64,000 nt of DNA, from the NCBI GenBank assembly GCA_907165135.1, contig OU015566.1, positions 2,666,001 through 2,730,000 of the forward strand, in the 5' to 3' direction. Within the stretch, counting starts at the first letter, position 1; every line of letters starts with the position of its first letter. The notes below the pieces were generated by a model, which was not told the DNA's origin, did no database searches, and saw only the letters and a list, made by a program, of their open reading frames with translations. The position numbers and the translations under genes were made by a program. The stretch is from Oikopleura dioica (taxonomy: Eukaryota; Animalia; Chordata). Positions 46,983 to 59,497 of the stretch are shown piece by piece.

Positions 46983-49170
46983 ATGAAGATTTCATCCCTG
47001 GTTTTTGGGAGTGCCACAGCCCAGATGGCATCCCTTTGTGCTGATAATAATGAGATGGTATTTATATTAATCAAAAAATTTCATAAATAAATTGTTAAAA
47101 TCATCTGAAAATTTAAATTTTTTCTTATGAAAATAAAATTATTTTATTTTTTTTTAAATTTTTTATTCAATTTTTATGTTATGAATTTAGGAATGTAGAG
47201 GCGCGACTATGTGCAACTGGACCGGATCATCATGTGACCAAGCCATGAGCGGATCAAACATGCTCAGCCCAGGAGTCAATTCTGCCATCACCAATGCCCT
47301 AGCCGCTGCCATGGGAAACATGAAGCTCAGCCAGCAAACGACAGCAGCTATCAATCCAGCGAGTAACAGTCGCATGGGCGGAATCGGCATCACAGCGATG
47401 GCTGCTCCATCCGTTGCGTCGACTAACTCTAGAATGTTCTCCGGCATCGGTGGCGGAGGCTTCGGATTAGGTCAATTCATGACTTGTCCGTTCAACGTGC
47501 CATTTTGCGAGCGTCAGGCTTGCACAATGACTCCTCTCGACGTCAGCCCCCTCGAAAACGACGCTTACCAGTGCTACTCTAATCCAGGCTGCTGTTTTGA
47601 CGAGACACTTTTTGTCTACCGCCAAGCCTTTGGACCGGCATTTTTCCGAGGAGTTCCTCTTTGCTACAGAGCGATCGACAACCCGATCTTCAACCAGCTG
47701 ACTGCCATGAACTACAATCCATATTTCCTCAGCTCGATTGTCAATACAGTCAAGCAAGCAAATAGGAATGCATTCGTAAGTCATTTATTATTAAAAACAA
47801 GATATTCAATTTATTCTCAGACAAATATGCAATCACGAAGCTTAATTGGCTGCCCACCTCGAGCCGATGACGACTACTCAAAGCTTGGCTTTATCCAGAA
47901 CGTTGTCGGAAACAACTGGTGGCTGATGAGTCAACTTACGGACAATGATGGATACGCGGATTTCGTGGAAACCGTCAGTCCCGCTTGCGGCTGGTCAGGA
48001 ATCCTCGAAGATGAATGCTTCTTGATCGGCTGCTGCTGGAATAAGGGCAGCAATACTTGTGGGTCTCCACTCAGCACTGGGCTCGGAAAAGACCGAATCA
48101 ACTCGTTTATGCAGTACAAGATGTACAAAGGAGTTTTCGGCGATGACGAAGTTTCGATCGGAGGAAAGGGAGGCAGCATCTCTTCCGGTTTACCTCTCAA
48201 GCCAACTCAACCAGGAGGTCTTCCACCATTCGTCGGTAGAAAACGAAGAAATGCTCGGGATCGCAGACAAGCGAATCCTTTTGGCGCTGCTGGCAACCTT
48301 GGTATGCTTGCTCTCATGACAAACACTGGCAACAACAATAACAATGGCAATAACAATAACAACAATCTCGCCAATCTTGCTTTACTGAGTGGCCTGGGAG
48401 GCAACGCAGGGTTAGGAGGAATGGGTGGTCTCGGTGGACTTGGCGGAATGGGAGGACTTCCCGGATTCGGTGGAATGGGTGGCTTTCCAGGATTCGGAGG
48501 AAACCAAAACGCAGAGATTTGCCCATCGCGCGAAATAAGCTCTAATTGCATGGTGTCTACGCAAATCAAAGCTTTCGATTTCTCCCAGAAATTGCTCCTC
48601 AAAGAATCTTGCCGAGCAAAGGGGTGCTGCTGGGACGAACAACACTACACTACCCAGCAGTGGGGAAGTCCTATCATCACCAACTTGAACTGTCCCTGGA
48701 ACTTGCCTGCAACGATGAATCTTTGGAGCTTCCCAAGTCTTCAGGCATCTGTGAGAGGGTGCTGTGAGGCCTCTCCATGCGTCGATCGACAAGCTAGAAA
48801 TGGACAAATGTTTCCTGGAAATCGCAATTCCTTCCCTCAACCAACTAACCCACCCACTCCAGTTGAGCCAATGTGGACAAATTGGTCCTCCTGGTCTTCC
48901 TGTATGCATTCCATTCAAAAAAGAACCCGAAGTAAACCAGAAAGCCCACAAGAAGAAGAAATCAGAACATGCTCCGCGCCAGTCTGGTCGAATTGGCAAC
49001 AAATCAGCCAATGCAGCAAGCAATGTGGCGGTGGATCAATGTCGCTTCGCCGAGACTGCACGGGAACTGCATGCCCACGATCTTTTGAATACAAGGACGC
49101 TCCATGCAACACTCAATCCTGTGGCCAAGGCGGTTGGGGATCGTTCATTCCCCAATTTGGTGGAAAATGA
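46983..49170 (+). CDS. Secreted protein with three trefoil (P-type)-like domains, RKRR site, Gly/Met/Asn low-complexity region and two TSP1-like repeats
   Basis: Signal exon MKISSLVFGSATA; C..NPGCCFD, CGWSGILEDECFLIGCCWN, SCRAKGCCWD; WTNWSSWSSC, WSNWQQISQCSKQCGGG; in-frame 45-nt intron near 47777-47820. Confidence 0.8.
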
Positions 49171-49816
49171 ATCATCAGATACTGTCTTAAAAACTCTGTG
49201 CATGCAATAAAACTCTCCCGAAATCAAGTTCGGCAAAATTGAATTTCAAAATTTGCGCGCGTTTATTTATCCGAAATGTCACGATTACGAACCCGACATA
49301 AAAAAATCATTATTCATCGCTCGTATCCAAACAGCGCGCGAGGGACAAGACCAGCTTTAAAATTTCCCAGCGCGACATTTTCTTTTTCCATTTTGCCAAC
49401 AAAAGAGCTTTTGAAAAGAGAAGGAAACAGAATGGACACGAGTAGTTTGGAGGACGATTCAATTACGCCTGGTTGGGTCAGAGAAATTGGGTAATTAGTG
49501 AAGAGGATGGTTTTTATAAGCTTTATTCGAATAAAAATTCTTTTAATAAAAATTAATAAAAATTTTTAATAAAATAAAAAAGCTTGAAAATCTTAAAAAA
49601 TTGAATCAAAAGCTCAAAGAAATTTTTCAGTGCTAATATGTCTCCCAGACTCGTTCTATCCCGGTAAAACTCTCATTTTTGTCTCATAATTAAAACTCCC
49701 TGATCAATGATTTCGTTGAACTTTCACCTCATTTTACCCATTTCTGATTGTAATTCTTTACTAAAAATGCACTAAGAATACGGCTCATGACTCACGAGTC
49801 ACCATTTTCTAGAGAA

Positions 49817-50870
49817 ATGTCGAATCCGTTTCAAAATGTCAAATTGCCGATGACATCGAGGATATTGAAGTACTCGTTGTTTTTCTCAAATCTGCTTATT
49901 TATATTCTCGGGATTGTTCTCATGAGCACAGGTAGAGACGTTTATGAGAAGTTTTTCTATTAAAAAATGAAGGTTTTACGGTTTCTGCTGAATATGCTTC
50001 GGCGAATGGCCTGGCCGAGCTTTTCCAGGACAATTATACAGCACTGCCAGTATTTGTCGGAGTCGCGGGGGTCATCCTCAGTTTCGTGACTTTCTTTGGC
50101 TGCTGGGGTGTTGTCAAGGCAAGGCGAAAAATGTAGCATTGGAGCAAGTTTTACCATCAATTTTAGGAATCAACTACGATGACACTAATTTATGGAATTT
50201 TACTTTTCCTCACGATGGTCTCGTTGCTGTTGGCTGGCATTTTCGGCTACTTATACAGGGATGCCGTTGATCACTATGTTGAAGGTCAGCTCACTACTTC
50301 GCTCAAACACTGGTGTCATTCCAATCCAGAGCCATGGGACTCGATTCAGGTGAGAGAAGACATGGAAGACAATTATCAAATCCCTAGAAATACTACAAAT
50401 GCTGCGGCATCACAAGTCCAAAAGACTGGTCCGAAAAGGCAAAAGACTTCGAATACTGGGCTTACGGTTATGCACACTTGAACAATCTGACATCTACAGA
50501 GACAAAGTTTTCTGAAACTCCAGTTCCAAGCTCCTGCTGTGCGGAAATTTCCGGAAGGGCTTACCAAACTTTTTTCTGGAATAGAAATCCACTTGATAGT
50601 TTTGAAAAGAGTAATTGTGAGCTGAAAAAGACGGATGCGGCCTCCTTGAGGGCGGAAACATTCATGAAGAAGGATGCCTAAACAAACTTGAGCAAAACAT
50701 CGCTGATAATTTATCAGCAGTTGCAGGTTGGAAATTTTTTTACGCCATATCTTCAAAGAAATAATTAAGGCGCTGCCGTCGGTATTAGTATCTTCACCTT
50801 GATAGGCATCTTTGTGGCGTTCTTCCTTTTCCGAAAATACCGAGAGCGAAACTACAGCAATATGGACTAG
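49817..50870 (+). CDS. Tetraspanin
   Basis: Four TM segments, FFGCWG, WDSIQ|KYYKCCG, PVPSSCC, GCL in the large loop; includes a GC-AG intron 50119-50166. Confidence 0.9.
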
Positions 50871-51029
50871 TTTTTTTAGCACTGAATATTTACTGCGAGC
50901 AAGTTTTCAATTAGACTAAATAAAGATAACATTGTATTATAATTAATTCCTTTTGTTTTCTTATGTTTCTCCTTTATTTTTCTCAGAAAGAAAACAAGGT
51001 AGAAGAGTAAACTCTGTAAAAAGCCGCGT

Positions 51030-51700
51030 TTATTTGTAATCATACATATCTAAAATCACTGATTCATCGTTGATTCGATTGTTTTTGATGGTGAACTTCT
51101 TCTTTGGCGGCTTGTTCTGCACTTGAAGCATGATAAGCTCGTCCCTTTTGTTGTCCTTTCTGGATCGATGGTAGCTTTTGAGTTTCTTCGTGAACTTTTT
51201 TCCATAGCTTAAACTTTTTGAGTATAAGAAACTTCGGTTCGACTTACGTTTTGAATAAGTATTTGATGAAGTATAAAAAAGCCCTTCTGATAAGCGGGTA
51301 GATTAAAATTATCATGATGATAGCAAGGAGAATTTTCCAGAGGTAATTCAGAGCAATTTCAATAACAGAATTTTTCGCCTGCTTGGCTTGGGAATTTCTT
51401 TTTGCTTTGAAAATTCTCTTGCTTAGGTAAAGCCGAGAATTAGCCTAGTCTCGCCAAGCCTCACCTTAGTGGCAAATTCGCCTAGATTATTTCGAAACCT
51501 GGGTAGATCTTTAGAGAAGAAACTCACGAACGTGTTTTCGATTGATAAAGCGACTTCAGCACTAACAAAAGATAATTAAACCCATAAAATTAACACAGTA
51601 TAAATTATACGGTGTTGTGAATACCCTTTTTCAAATGCGCTTTGCAAGTGTGCTTCAATCGCGCTGGTTCCGTTTGCAAAGAATAAGTCGGGAATCATTT
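51030..51700 (-). CDS. Single-pass membrane protein with Lys-rich cytoplasmic tail, partial
   Basis: Exons read IALNYLWKILLAIIMIILIYPLIRR and YGKKFTKKLKSYHRSRK...DMYDYK*; 5' part unresolved. Confidence 0.35.
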
Positions 51701-52569
51701 ATCAAGTCTGAAAAAAAGAACTAACAAAATTATCAATATTGTCTGATTATAATTTGCGATTTTTCTATATAGTTGGAGGCAATTATGATCAATAACTCTT
51801 TGTCTAAATGAAGTTTTCTCTCTTTTGTTCACTGTAAAGGTAATGCGAAAATACGAAAATCTTCGTACTTTTTATACATTCAATTTTATGGTGTTAGAAT
51901 GACTAGACATTTAAATCTAGTCACGAAAGCTTTTCCCTCGATTTTATTGATAAGTTCAAAGGTTTTATTTCCGGAACTGAAGTTTGATGATATATGAGGA
52001 CAATGATTGTTTATCCCTTCTAGTCAAACAAATTATATTTCAAAGACGATTATTAATTAAAATAAAAAATTTTCCTTTTTTATTGATTCTTTGATGTTAA
52101 ATATCGACTCACCTGACAGCTGATGCAAATCGGAGTTCTGATGAAAATCATGAATTCAAAAAAAATCAGTTGCTTATCCATATAAAAAAGAAAATAGAGA
52201 AACTTTTTTAGATAATTGATAAATTTGTCGAAATGAAGCAAAAATGATGAAGAAATTATTATAAAATGCTCTTTCGAGCAATTTATAATCATTTATTCTT
52301 TATTAATAATGTTGTTAACAGAGCGTCATACTTGAGACCTCGAAAAAAACAAATAAAAAATTATTGTCTCATATTTGAATTTTAATTATTTTTCGAATAA
52401 AAATCGGAAAAAATATCGCCATGGAAACCGCGAGCTTATGTTTACCGATCCGCTGCTTGAATACTTTTCTGAGTCACAAAAGAAAGCGATAATCCTAAAT
52501 CTCGCTTTTGAAAAACTCAAGTTTAAGTGTTGTTGACTTTCTAGAACCGAAGTTTTGAAAAGCGCCGGA

Positions 52570-55500
52570 ATGAGCAGACGCACCAGTCAGGCGACGAGCC
52601 GCGCCAGTTTCGCCAAATCGCCAGCGGTACAGAGAGATCCGAACATGAAGGAGACGGTGATTTCGTTCAATATCAAGGGTGGACAGAATTTATCAGCAAC
52701 AAAGGTCAGTTTTTGCTTTCAAAAAATTATTTTCTTTAATTTTTTGCTACAAAAAATATTTTCACGAAATATTTTGAATGAAAATTTCTTTTTGACTTAT
52801 CTTAGTGACACCCTTAATCCTATAAAAGATGGTCAATCGACTACCGAGAGATTTTTATTTCTAATTAATAAAAATTTTTATAAATATTTTCATTTTTGCC
52901 ATTTAAAAATTATAAACGATCAGTGTCATCATAAGGGAGTCAGAATGTTATTTCTGCTTTCAATCTTGTTTTCTCAATCCTATCAACCCAAATTTAGGAT
53001 GGTTCTGAAATGTTCATTCGCCTGTCTTTCGGCTCCTTCACCGCTGAATCTGAATACGTCGAGGCAAAAACCGAAGCTTCCAACGTCAAACTCGCGATCA
53101 AGGAAGAAATCTCCGGCACGAGCACTCCCTTCTTCGACAATTTGGTCCGATACCCCTTGACAGTCAGCTTGATCGAAATGCTGCCGAAAGAAAAGAAGCA
53201 AAAAGAAGATAAAATTATTTGCCACAGAGAAGTGCACCGAGATCTTTCGCCATTTTTGAAGGGAAAGAGGAAGATTTCCGAAAGCGTGCGGGAGGTTTCA
53301 AAAGAAGCGCCAAATGTTCAGGTCAATTTGGAGATTTCTGTTTCCATAAGTCCAGGTAAGAAACAATCCTTTTTTTTCTGTTTTCTTAATCGTTTTCAGA
53401 GCTGAAACCCGAATTCCTGGAAAAGAACCGAATCATGACCCTCCGCCTAATCTACGCTTCTGGAGTCCCCGATTCATGGGTCGGAAACAATTTCAACGCC
53501 TGCCTTCCCATTCAAAAAGAAGAAAACGAAACCGCCGCGATCAAGTTTTCCGGAAAAGCAGAAAACGCTTTCAACACAAGCGAAAAATTGCCCCTCTTCT
53601 GGAGCGGATTGAAAAACACTACCGAGAAAATCATCGCGAAGGAAAACTACAAAATTCCAGACAGCGCGGAAGCTGAAGAAAATGCGGATGGAGAATGCCC
53701 TAATGCGATTGTTTTTACTTCGGAGAGGAAGATGATCATGAGTGAAGATGATTGCAGAGCTTTTGAGGCGAGAATCGCGAAGGTATCAAATTTGTTGCCG
53801 ATTGAGGTTTCGAAAGTGAAAGATACAGGAAAGGGATGAGATAGTTTTCGCTAAAGAAACTCTACTTGATTGGTCATTTCTAGCCAAAAAAACTGTGTAG
53901 AAGCCTGTGTCAGGATCTTGAAAGAGCTGATTAGCCGGGTAAGATCCTGACTCAGGTTTCTACACAGGTTGCCATGACAGGACTGTCTTTTGTACGTTTC
54001 AAATTGACTCCCTAATTCTTGAGGCTCAGGTTGAGCTCATTATCATCCCTTTGAAAAAGACGCAAAAGCAAAAGGAAAAGCAAAACCTGACGATGGTGAG
54101 CTCCACAACCACGGAATCGCCCTGATCAACCTCGAGTCACTTCTCTATCCCGGTGTAAAATCCGTCTCTGGCAAATTCAAGCTCAATCCGTTTACACAAA
54201 ATCAACTTATTCGCGCTGGATATGGAGAGAGTATCACAGCGAGTTCCTGCAACAGCGGCACGATTTTATCGATGGGATCAACTTCAAGAAACGACAGTTC
54301 TGATGCCGGCGGCGCTTCAGACATCAGACCCGAATCACGACAAATGGCCCAAGACGCGCTTCCTTACAAAGAAATGAACTCGTCAATTTTCTTCGAAATC
54401 TCGTTCTCCCGCGCCCTCGTCGATCGCGCTACTCTTCAAGACCTGGACAAGAACCTCGCGACTTTGATTCCAATGCGGCCGAAAATCCCAAGGAAGAAAT
54501 ATGGAGCTGACATTAGCGTTCAAGAGTATAAAAAGCAAATCACAGAAGTCGCGAAACAAGTTCTCGCGGAGATCAGAGCTTTTGCGCCGTCGACTAAAGG
54601 AGAATCTTTTGAAAAATCATTATTGTATCAGGTAAGAAAAGAAGCATAAGGAGTAGAGCCCCATTTTGATTTCAGCTGAACAGAACTGGAAAACACGCAC
54701 AATACCACGAACTGCTGAAAAACTCGATCATCCGCGTCGTCCGCGAGAAATTCCTGAAAAAGAAAGACTTTGAAGATCCAGAAGCAAAGAAAGAATTCAT
54801 CGAGCAACTCTACGTTTTTCTCATAGGCAAATGGGTTTCTTTTTTATTTTTGAGAAATGATTTTTTGAAAGTTTTTTGTTTCGCCAAAAGGGAGGAGGCC
54901 GTATTTTTGGAGGGTGAGGGCGGGATTGTTGGTTTGGAGTGCGAGGAGGACGATGAGGATTTCTTGCTGTTGGCGGCGGCATTTTGAGATTTCTAGAGAT
55001 GAAAAATAGTAATCAGATAAACCTGTATTAAACATGTATTTTACCTGTGTAAGAATTCTCTGCACAATCGTATAAAAGAAGAGGTTTCAGGTCTTCAAGA
55101 CCTTCTTGAAATCCTTGCTTTTTTCAATGCTTTTGAAAAGCGTTCTGATATCCTTATTCCTTGCATACTTATTAAAATCTAGAGCATTTCCTGAGAATAT
55201 CTCCCTTCCGTCATCATCTTCCCCAGCACCATAAAAAGCGTATTGTCAAGCTCTCCACTTGATTGTCTCGTTTTTCGCGAGTCACTTTCTTCATCCCTCA
55301 GTTGGGAATTGCTTCCGCTCATTACGGGAACATAAGTTTTAATTGGTCTATTTCCTCGCACGCGTGAAACCGTCGGACGCTGATAAATCGGTCGAGCGGT
55401 TCTTTTTCTCGGCTTTGAGTACGCTTGAATAACGAGGAGCTTTTTGAGCAAGTTTGAGTTGAACGCGGATCGGCGGAATCTCGACTTTGTGTTTTGGAGA

Positions 55501-57685
55501 AAGTCGATAGCGGCTTTTGTATCTTCCTTGACCAATTCAGAAAGTAGAAAATCATTCGAGCTAAGGAAGGAGAATTCTTCGGCTTCTTGAAGATTCTTTC
55601 AAACAATATTCATCATTGCTAATTATTTAAGAGTGAAATTAACGAATAAGTTCGAATGGTTCAAAAACACAAAATCCATAAGAATCATTCGAGATTTTTC
55701 GTTTAAAAATTTTCCTTTTCAGTTTCAGGCGACAACCTCAAAATATCAATTGGAACTGCGTAACAACAGAACTTTATAATAAAAATAAATTTAAATATTT
55801 TCCTGAAATCCCCGACCATCGATTCTCTCTTCTTCCACTTCTCGAATTCCTGATCTCTTCCTTGATTTCACTACTCCATCAACACCTCTTACAATGAAAA
55901 AGAGCCAAAAAACCTTCAAAATTTGTGATCTCATCAACATTTTTGAAAATTTGTGAGTTTGAAATGAACACCGGTAAAACATATGCCGCCTGGCTTATCC
56001 AATCTACGGTTCATTAGGCACTCGAGTTGAGACTTTTTATGTCAGTGCTTTTAACCCTGTTTTCAGGTTGAGTTAACATGGCGGAACTGAAAAAATATTG
56101 ATTATTGAAGGCGAAATTTTGGACATGATTACATAACAAAGGATTTTTTCTTCCCGTTTATGACTAAAACACTCATTTGTCTACCAGACGGCGAAAAAAC
56201 CCGAATTCAGAACAAATGCACGTGGCAATCAACGAACAAGTGGTCAAGCAAACTGACGAAGAGCCAATTCCAGATGTAGTTACTGTCGAGGAGCTCGCCA
56301 AAGTGGCCCTTCTCGCGGAAAAAATTGGAGATTTGAAAAAAGCGGAAGCGACTTGGCTGGAGCTGCTTTCCCGTGACGAGGCGAATTCGGACAATTGGGC
56401 GGGCTATGGAAGAGTGTGCTACAGAAAAGGAGATATTGGAAGAGCATATGAAGCTTTCAAGCAAGCTGTTTCATTAGAACACTCCGAACCCTGGTACATG
56501 ATCCTCGCCTCCCTCCTCGCCCGAGAAGAAGGATTCCCCAACGAAGCAAAACTCATCCTCCAGCGCGCAGCTGCCAATCCTGACTACAACGATCAATCGA
56601 CCAAGGGTGGCAAAGAATCGAGGCTCATGGAGCGCGCGCTTTCAAACATCTTCCTTTCGGAAATTCATGAAGAACAGTTGGAAAACAGACTCAGCGAATT
56701 CACGAAGTTGGAGGGAAAGAGGCTGATAAAACTTTTAAACTCAGGTAAAAACGGAGAATTGGACCGTTTGAACTCATTTTTGAAGCTCATCCTGGCGAGG
56801 GAGTCCTCCTCGAAGCGGCTGAAAAACTCTTCGATTCTGGCTTCTGCGAAGTTTCGGACAATCTTCTCGCGAAATACCTTTCATCTCTCGATGCTGAAGA
56901 GCCGATTCCAACAGCTGCTTTGCTTCTCCGAACTCGACTGATGATTCAGCTTGGCAAAATTGATACGGCGATGGAGACAGTTATTCAAGCGACGGAAGCT
57001 GATCATAAAAATGCGAATGTTTGGGCGCTAAAGGTTTGCTTCCCATTTCTCGTCCTTCGACTGATTTTCGATTCTAGGGCGAGATCTTGCACATTCAAGG
57101 AAACGAAGAAGCAGCAAAAGAGTGCTTCTCCCGTTGTCTTTCTTACACTACTCCTTGCAAAGATCCAGCTTTTGTGTGCCTTCAGCTTGGCGATATTTTC
57201 TCCGCCGAGGAGAAATGGGAAGAAGCAAGAAATTACTACCTCCATGCATGCAGACTTAGTCCGACATCGATTTCCTGGCTTGGAGTGGGCATTTGTAGTC
57301 TGAGAATGAGTCGACTTTTGGAAGGTAAATGATCTGAATGATTTCGCGACGGCAGAAGGCAATATCATAATTTTATTAATTTCTTCAGAAATTTTTATTA
57401 AGAAAAAACTAACATTTTTTCATACAAAAAGCAAAGTTATGGTTTCCAATTTTCATCTCATTTTTTTTAGCGGAAGACGCATTGGCCGAAGCAAATCTCC
57501 TCGACTCAAAGAGCCCAGAAGTGTGGGGCTATCTCTCCGTCCTTTGCCTCCGAACACATCGAAAAGTCGAGGCTGAGCAGAGCTTCAAGTACTCGATGAA
57601 ACTCGGTCTTGACGAGTCATCATCTCTTCACAAAGAAATTCGAGGGCTTCAAGCAAAACATGGATTCGGCGATCCAAGCCTTTGA
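52570..57685 (+). CDS. CFAP70: Cilia- and flagella-associated protein 70 (TTC18), TPR-containing
   Basis: LINLESLLYPGVK, LYVFLI|EQMHVAINE and C-terminal AEDALAEANLLD..EVWGYLSVLCL...EAEQSFKY...GFGDPSL match CFAP70 motifs as I recall them; TPR repeats 56300-57685. Confidence 0.85.
53829..54059 (+). other. GA-AG intron with perfect 10-bp terminal stem AAAGGGATGA/TCATCCCTTT
   Basis: Arms 53830-53839 and 54043-54052; the AG 7 nt downstream (GAAAAAG) is the acceptor that gives in-frame KDT-DAKAKGK. Confidence 0.75.
53893..53967. repeat. Intronic hairpin, 27-bp arms (2 mismatches)
   Basis: CTGTGTAGAAGCCTGTGTCAGGATCTT ... AAGATCCTGACTCAGGTTTCTACACAG. Confidence 0.85.
54827..56210 (+). other. 1.4-kb GC-AG intron of CFAP70 with terminal stem GGGTTT/AAACCC
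   Basis: Joins LYVFLI to EQMHVAINE; 3' arm ends 8 nt before the intron end. Confidence 0.75.
54844..55940 (-). CDS. Putative nested antisense gene in the CFAP70 intron, signal-peptide-like N-terminus, basic protein with RFRR site
   Basis: MLMRSQILKVFWLFFIVRGVDG at 55940, ORF 55179-55535 and further coding-like segments; exon joins not verified. Confidence 0.4.
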
Positions 57686-57964
57686 ATTTTGTTTTCTTTT
57701 GTAAATACTGCATATTTTTTCAGTAATAAATATATTTTTGCAAATCTAAAAAAGTTCTTTGTTATGCATTGAAATAACCGCTGACGCTAGTTTCGAGTCA
57801 GCATTCAGCAGAATACAGTGGGATAAATCAAAAATGTGCGAATGCGAAAGTCAGGTGTCAATGAAACTCGGCCCCGCTGCTCGATGTTTTTATCTTCTCA
57901 GTCGACCATCGCCTGATTTTCCTAAAGGACTCTTTTTTTCTGCAGAAAAAGCATAGAAGAAATA

Positions 57965-58752
57965 ATGGCTCACGAATTTACTGAAGAACAAGTTGCTGGT
58001 AAGCTTTTTATTAACCCTTTCTATAATAGAGGACCTCGCTTTTCCCTCCTAAAATCTCTCTAGAATTCAAGGATGCCTTCGAGCTCTTCGACCGAACCGG
58101 TCAGGGCTTGATCAAGTGGGAAGAATGCTGCAACTTGGCCCGATGCTTCGGTTACAATCCTGCTGAATATACAGTTCAAGGTACGTTTTTTATGAACTTT
58201 TCTTCCGCGTTTATCAAAATCAAACATTTATTTGACATTTTCGGGACAGGGTGTTGATTGGCGATAATCTTGACTTGTTGTGTAATGGGAAAATGGTGAG
58301 AACGAGCTGAGAGGAAGTCTGCAAAAGTGATGAGCAGACAGTAAAAACACAATTTTAGTTCTTCTCGCTGGTGGAGACGAAGAAAACCTCCCATCAAAAG
58401 AAGACATGGCGACAAAGTCCCTTCCATTCGAAGATTTTCTTCCTATTCTTTGGGCGATTTCCAACACTGCCGATCCAGGAAGCTATGAAGATTTCCTCGA
58501 AGGTCTTAAAGTCTTTGACAAGGATGGGAACGGAACTGTCAACTCTGCTGAATTGCGTCATGTTCTTACTTCTCTTGGTGAGTCCTTGTTGATTTCAATG
58601 GAAATTATGTCCTTTTTATAGGTGAAAAATTGACTGGCGCCCAATTTGATGACCTTATCGAAGGCATGGAAGGATCAAACGGCCAGATCGTGATCGAAGA
58701 CTTCATCAAAAAAGTCATGTGCGACGATGAGCTTGCTCCTGCTGAAGCTTAA
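57965..58752 (+). CDS. Myosin essential (alkali) light chain
   Basis: [11 protein letters not shown]|[13 protein letters not shown]...FEDFLPIL...[33 protein letters not shown]|GEKL; GT-AG introns. Confidence 0.92.
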
Positions 58753-58857
58753 AAATCTCCATTTTCTTTATTTTTCATTTTTATTTTCAAAATTTGGGGA
58801 AATTTTGAAAAATCGTCAATCCAAATTAGCTGCAATAAAAAACGGTTTCTGCTTGAT

Positions 58858-59133
58858 TTATAGATTTATTCGTACATTACAGTAATGAACAAGTGTTCGC
58901 ATCCAGCGCCACTTTGAGATTCTGTTGAAATAATCGCCATCGTCTCTCAATCTCTCGCACAGTTCCCAGAGTTTGTCAACTGGGATATCTTGTGTTTTCT
59001 GAGGGAGAAAAACGTGGTTAGGGTGCAGCTCTGGAAGCGCCTTTGTGGATTCGAAAAAGCTCGCTTCATATGGAAGTGAAGTCGAGTAAAAGCCAAAGGC
59101 AAAGACCAAAAGCTGGAAGAGCGTGATTTTCAT
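58858..59133 (-). CDS. Small secreted 2-Cys protein (91 aa), intronless
   Basis: Signal peptide MKITLFQLLVFAFGFYSTS; C-terminal LWELC-x25-C region. Confidence 0.6.
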   Translation of the reverse strand: MKITLFQLLVFAFGFYSTSLPYEASFFESTKALPELHPNHVFLPQKTQDIPVDKLWELCERLRDDGDYFNRISKWRWMRTLVHYCNVRINL

Positions 59134-59497
59134 CTCGTAATCAAAAAATGGCTTTTTGCCGAAAAAAAAATGGAGTAAGGACAGATTTGGAAGGCTTCTT
59201 TTTATTTTTTATGAATGACAGTCACATGACAGATTTTCAATATGGCGACAAAATATGGCCTTCACTCTTCGACCACATGCTTGCAGAAGTGATAGATTCC
59301 TAAAAAAGTCCTCTTATTGTGCTCTTTGCAAGTTTTTAAATTTTCATTATAATAATACAGACCTCTGAGTCTAACTTTTCTTCTCAGCGAAAATTTGCTT
59401 TTTGGATATTTGAGACCACTAAAAAAATTTTCACGAGCGGGAAACCGTTAGTTACTAACTTGCACATTTTCTGCTGTTCTGACATCCATTGTGGGTG

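Noticed and set aside
50119-50166. Terminal stem in the tetraspanin GC-AG intron
   Set aside because: No convincing duplex; recorded as a counter-example with a strong consensus donor and pyrimidine tract.
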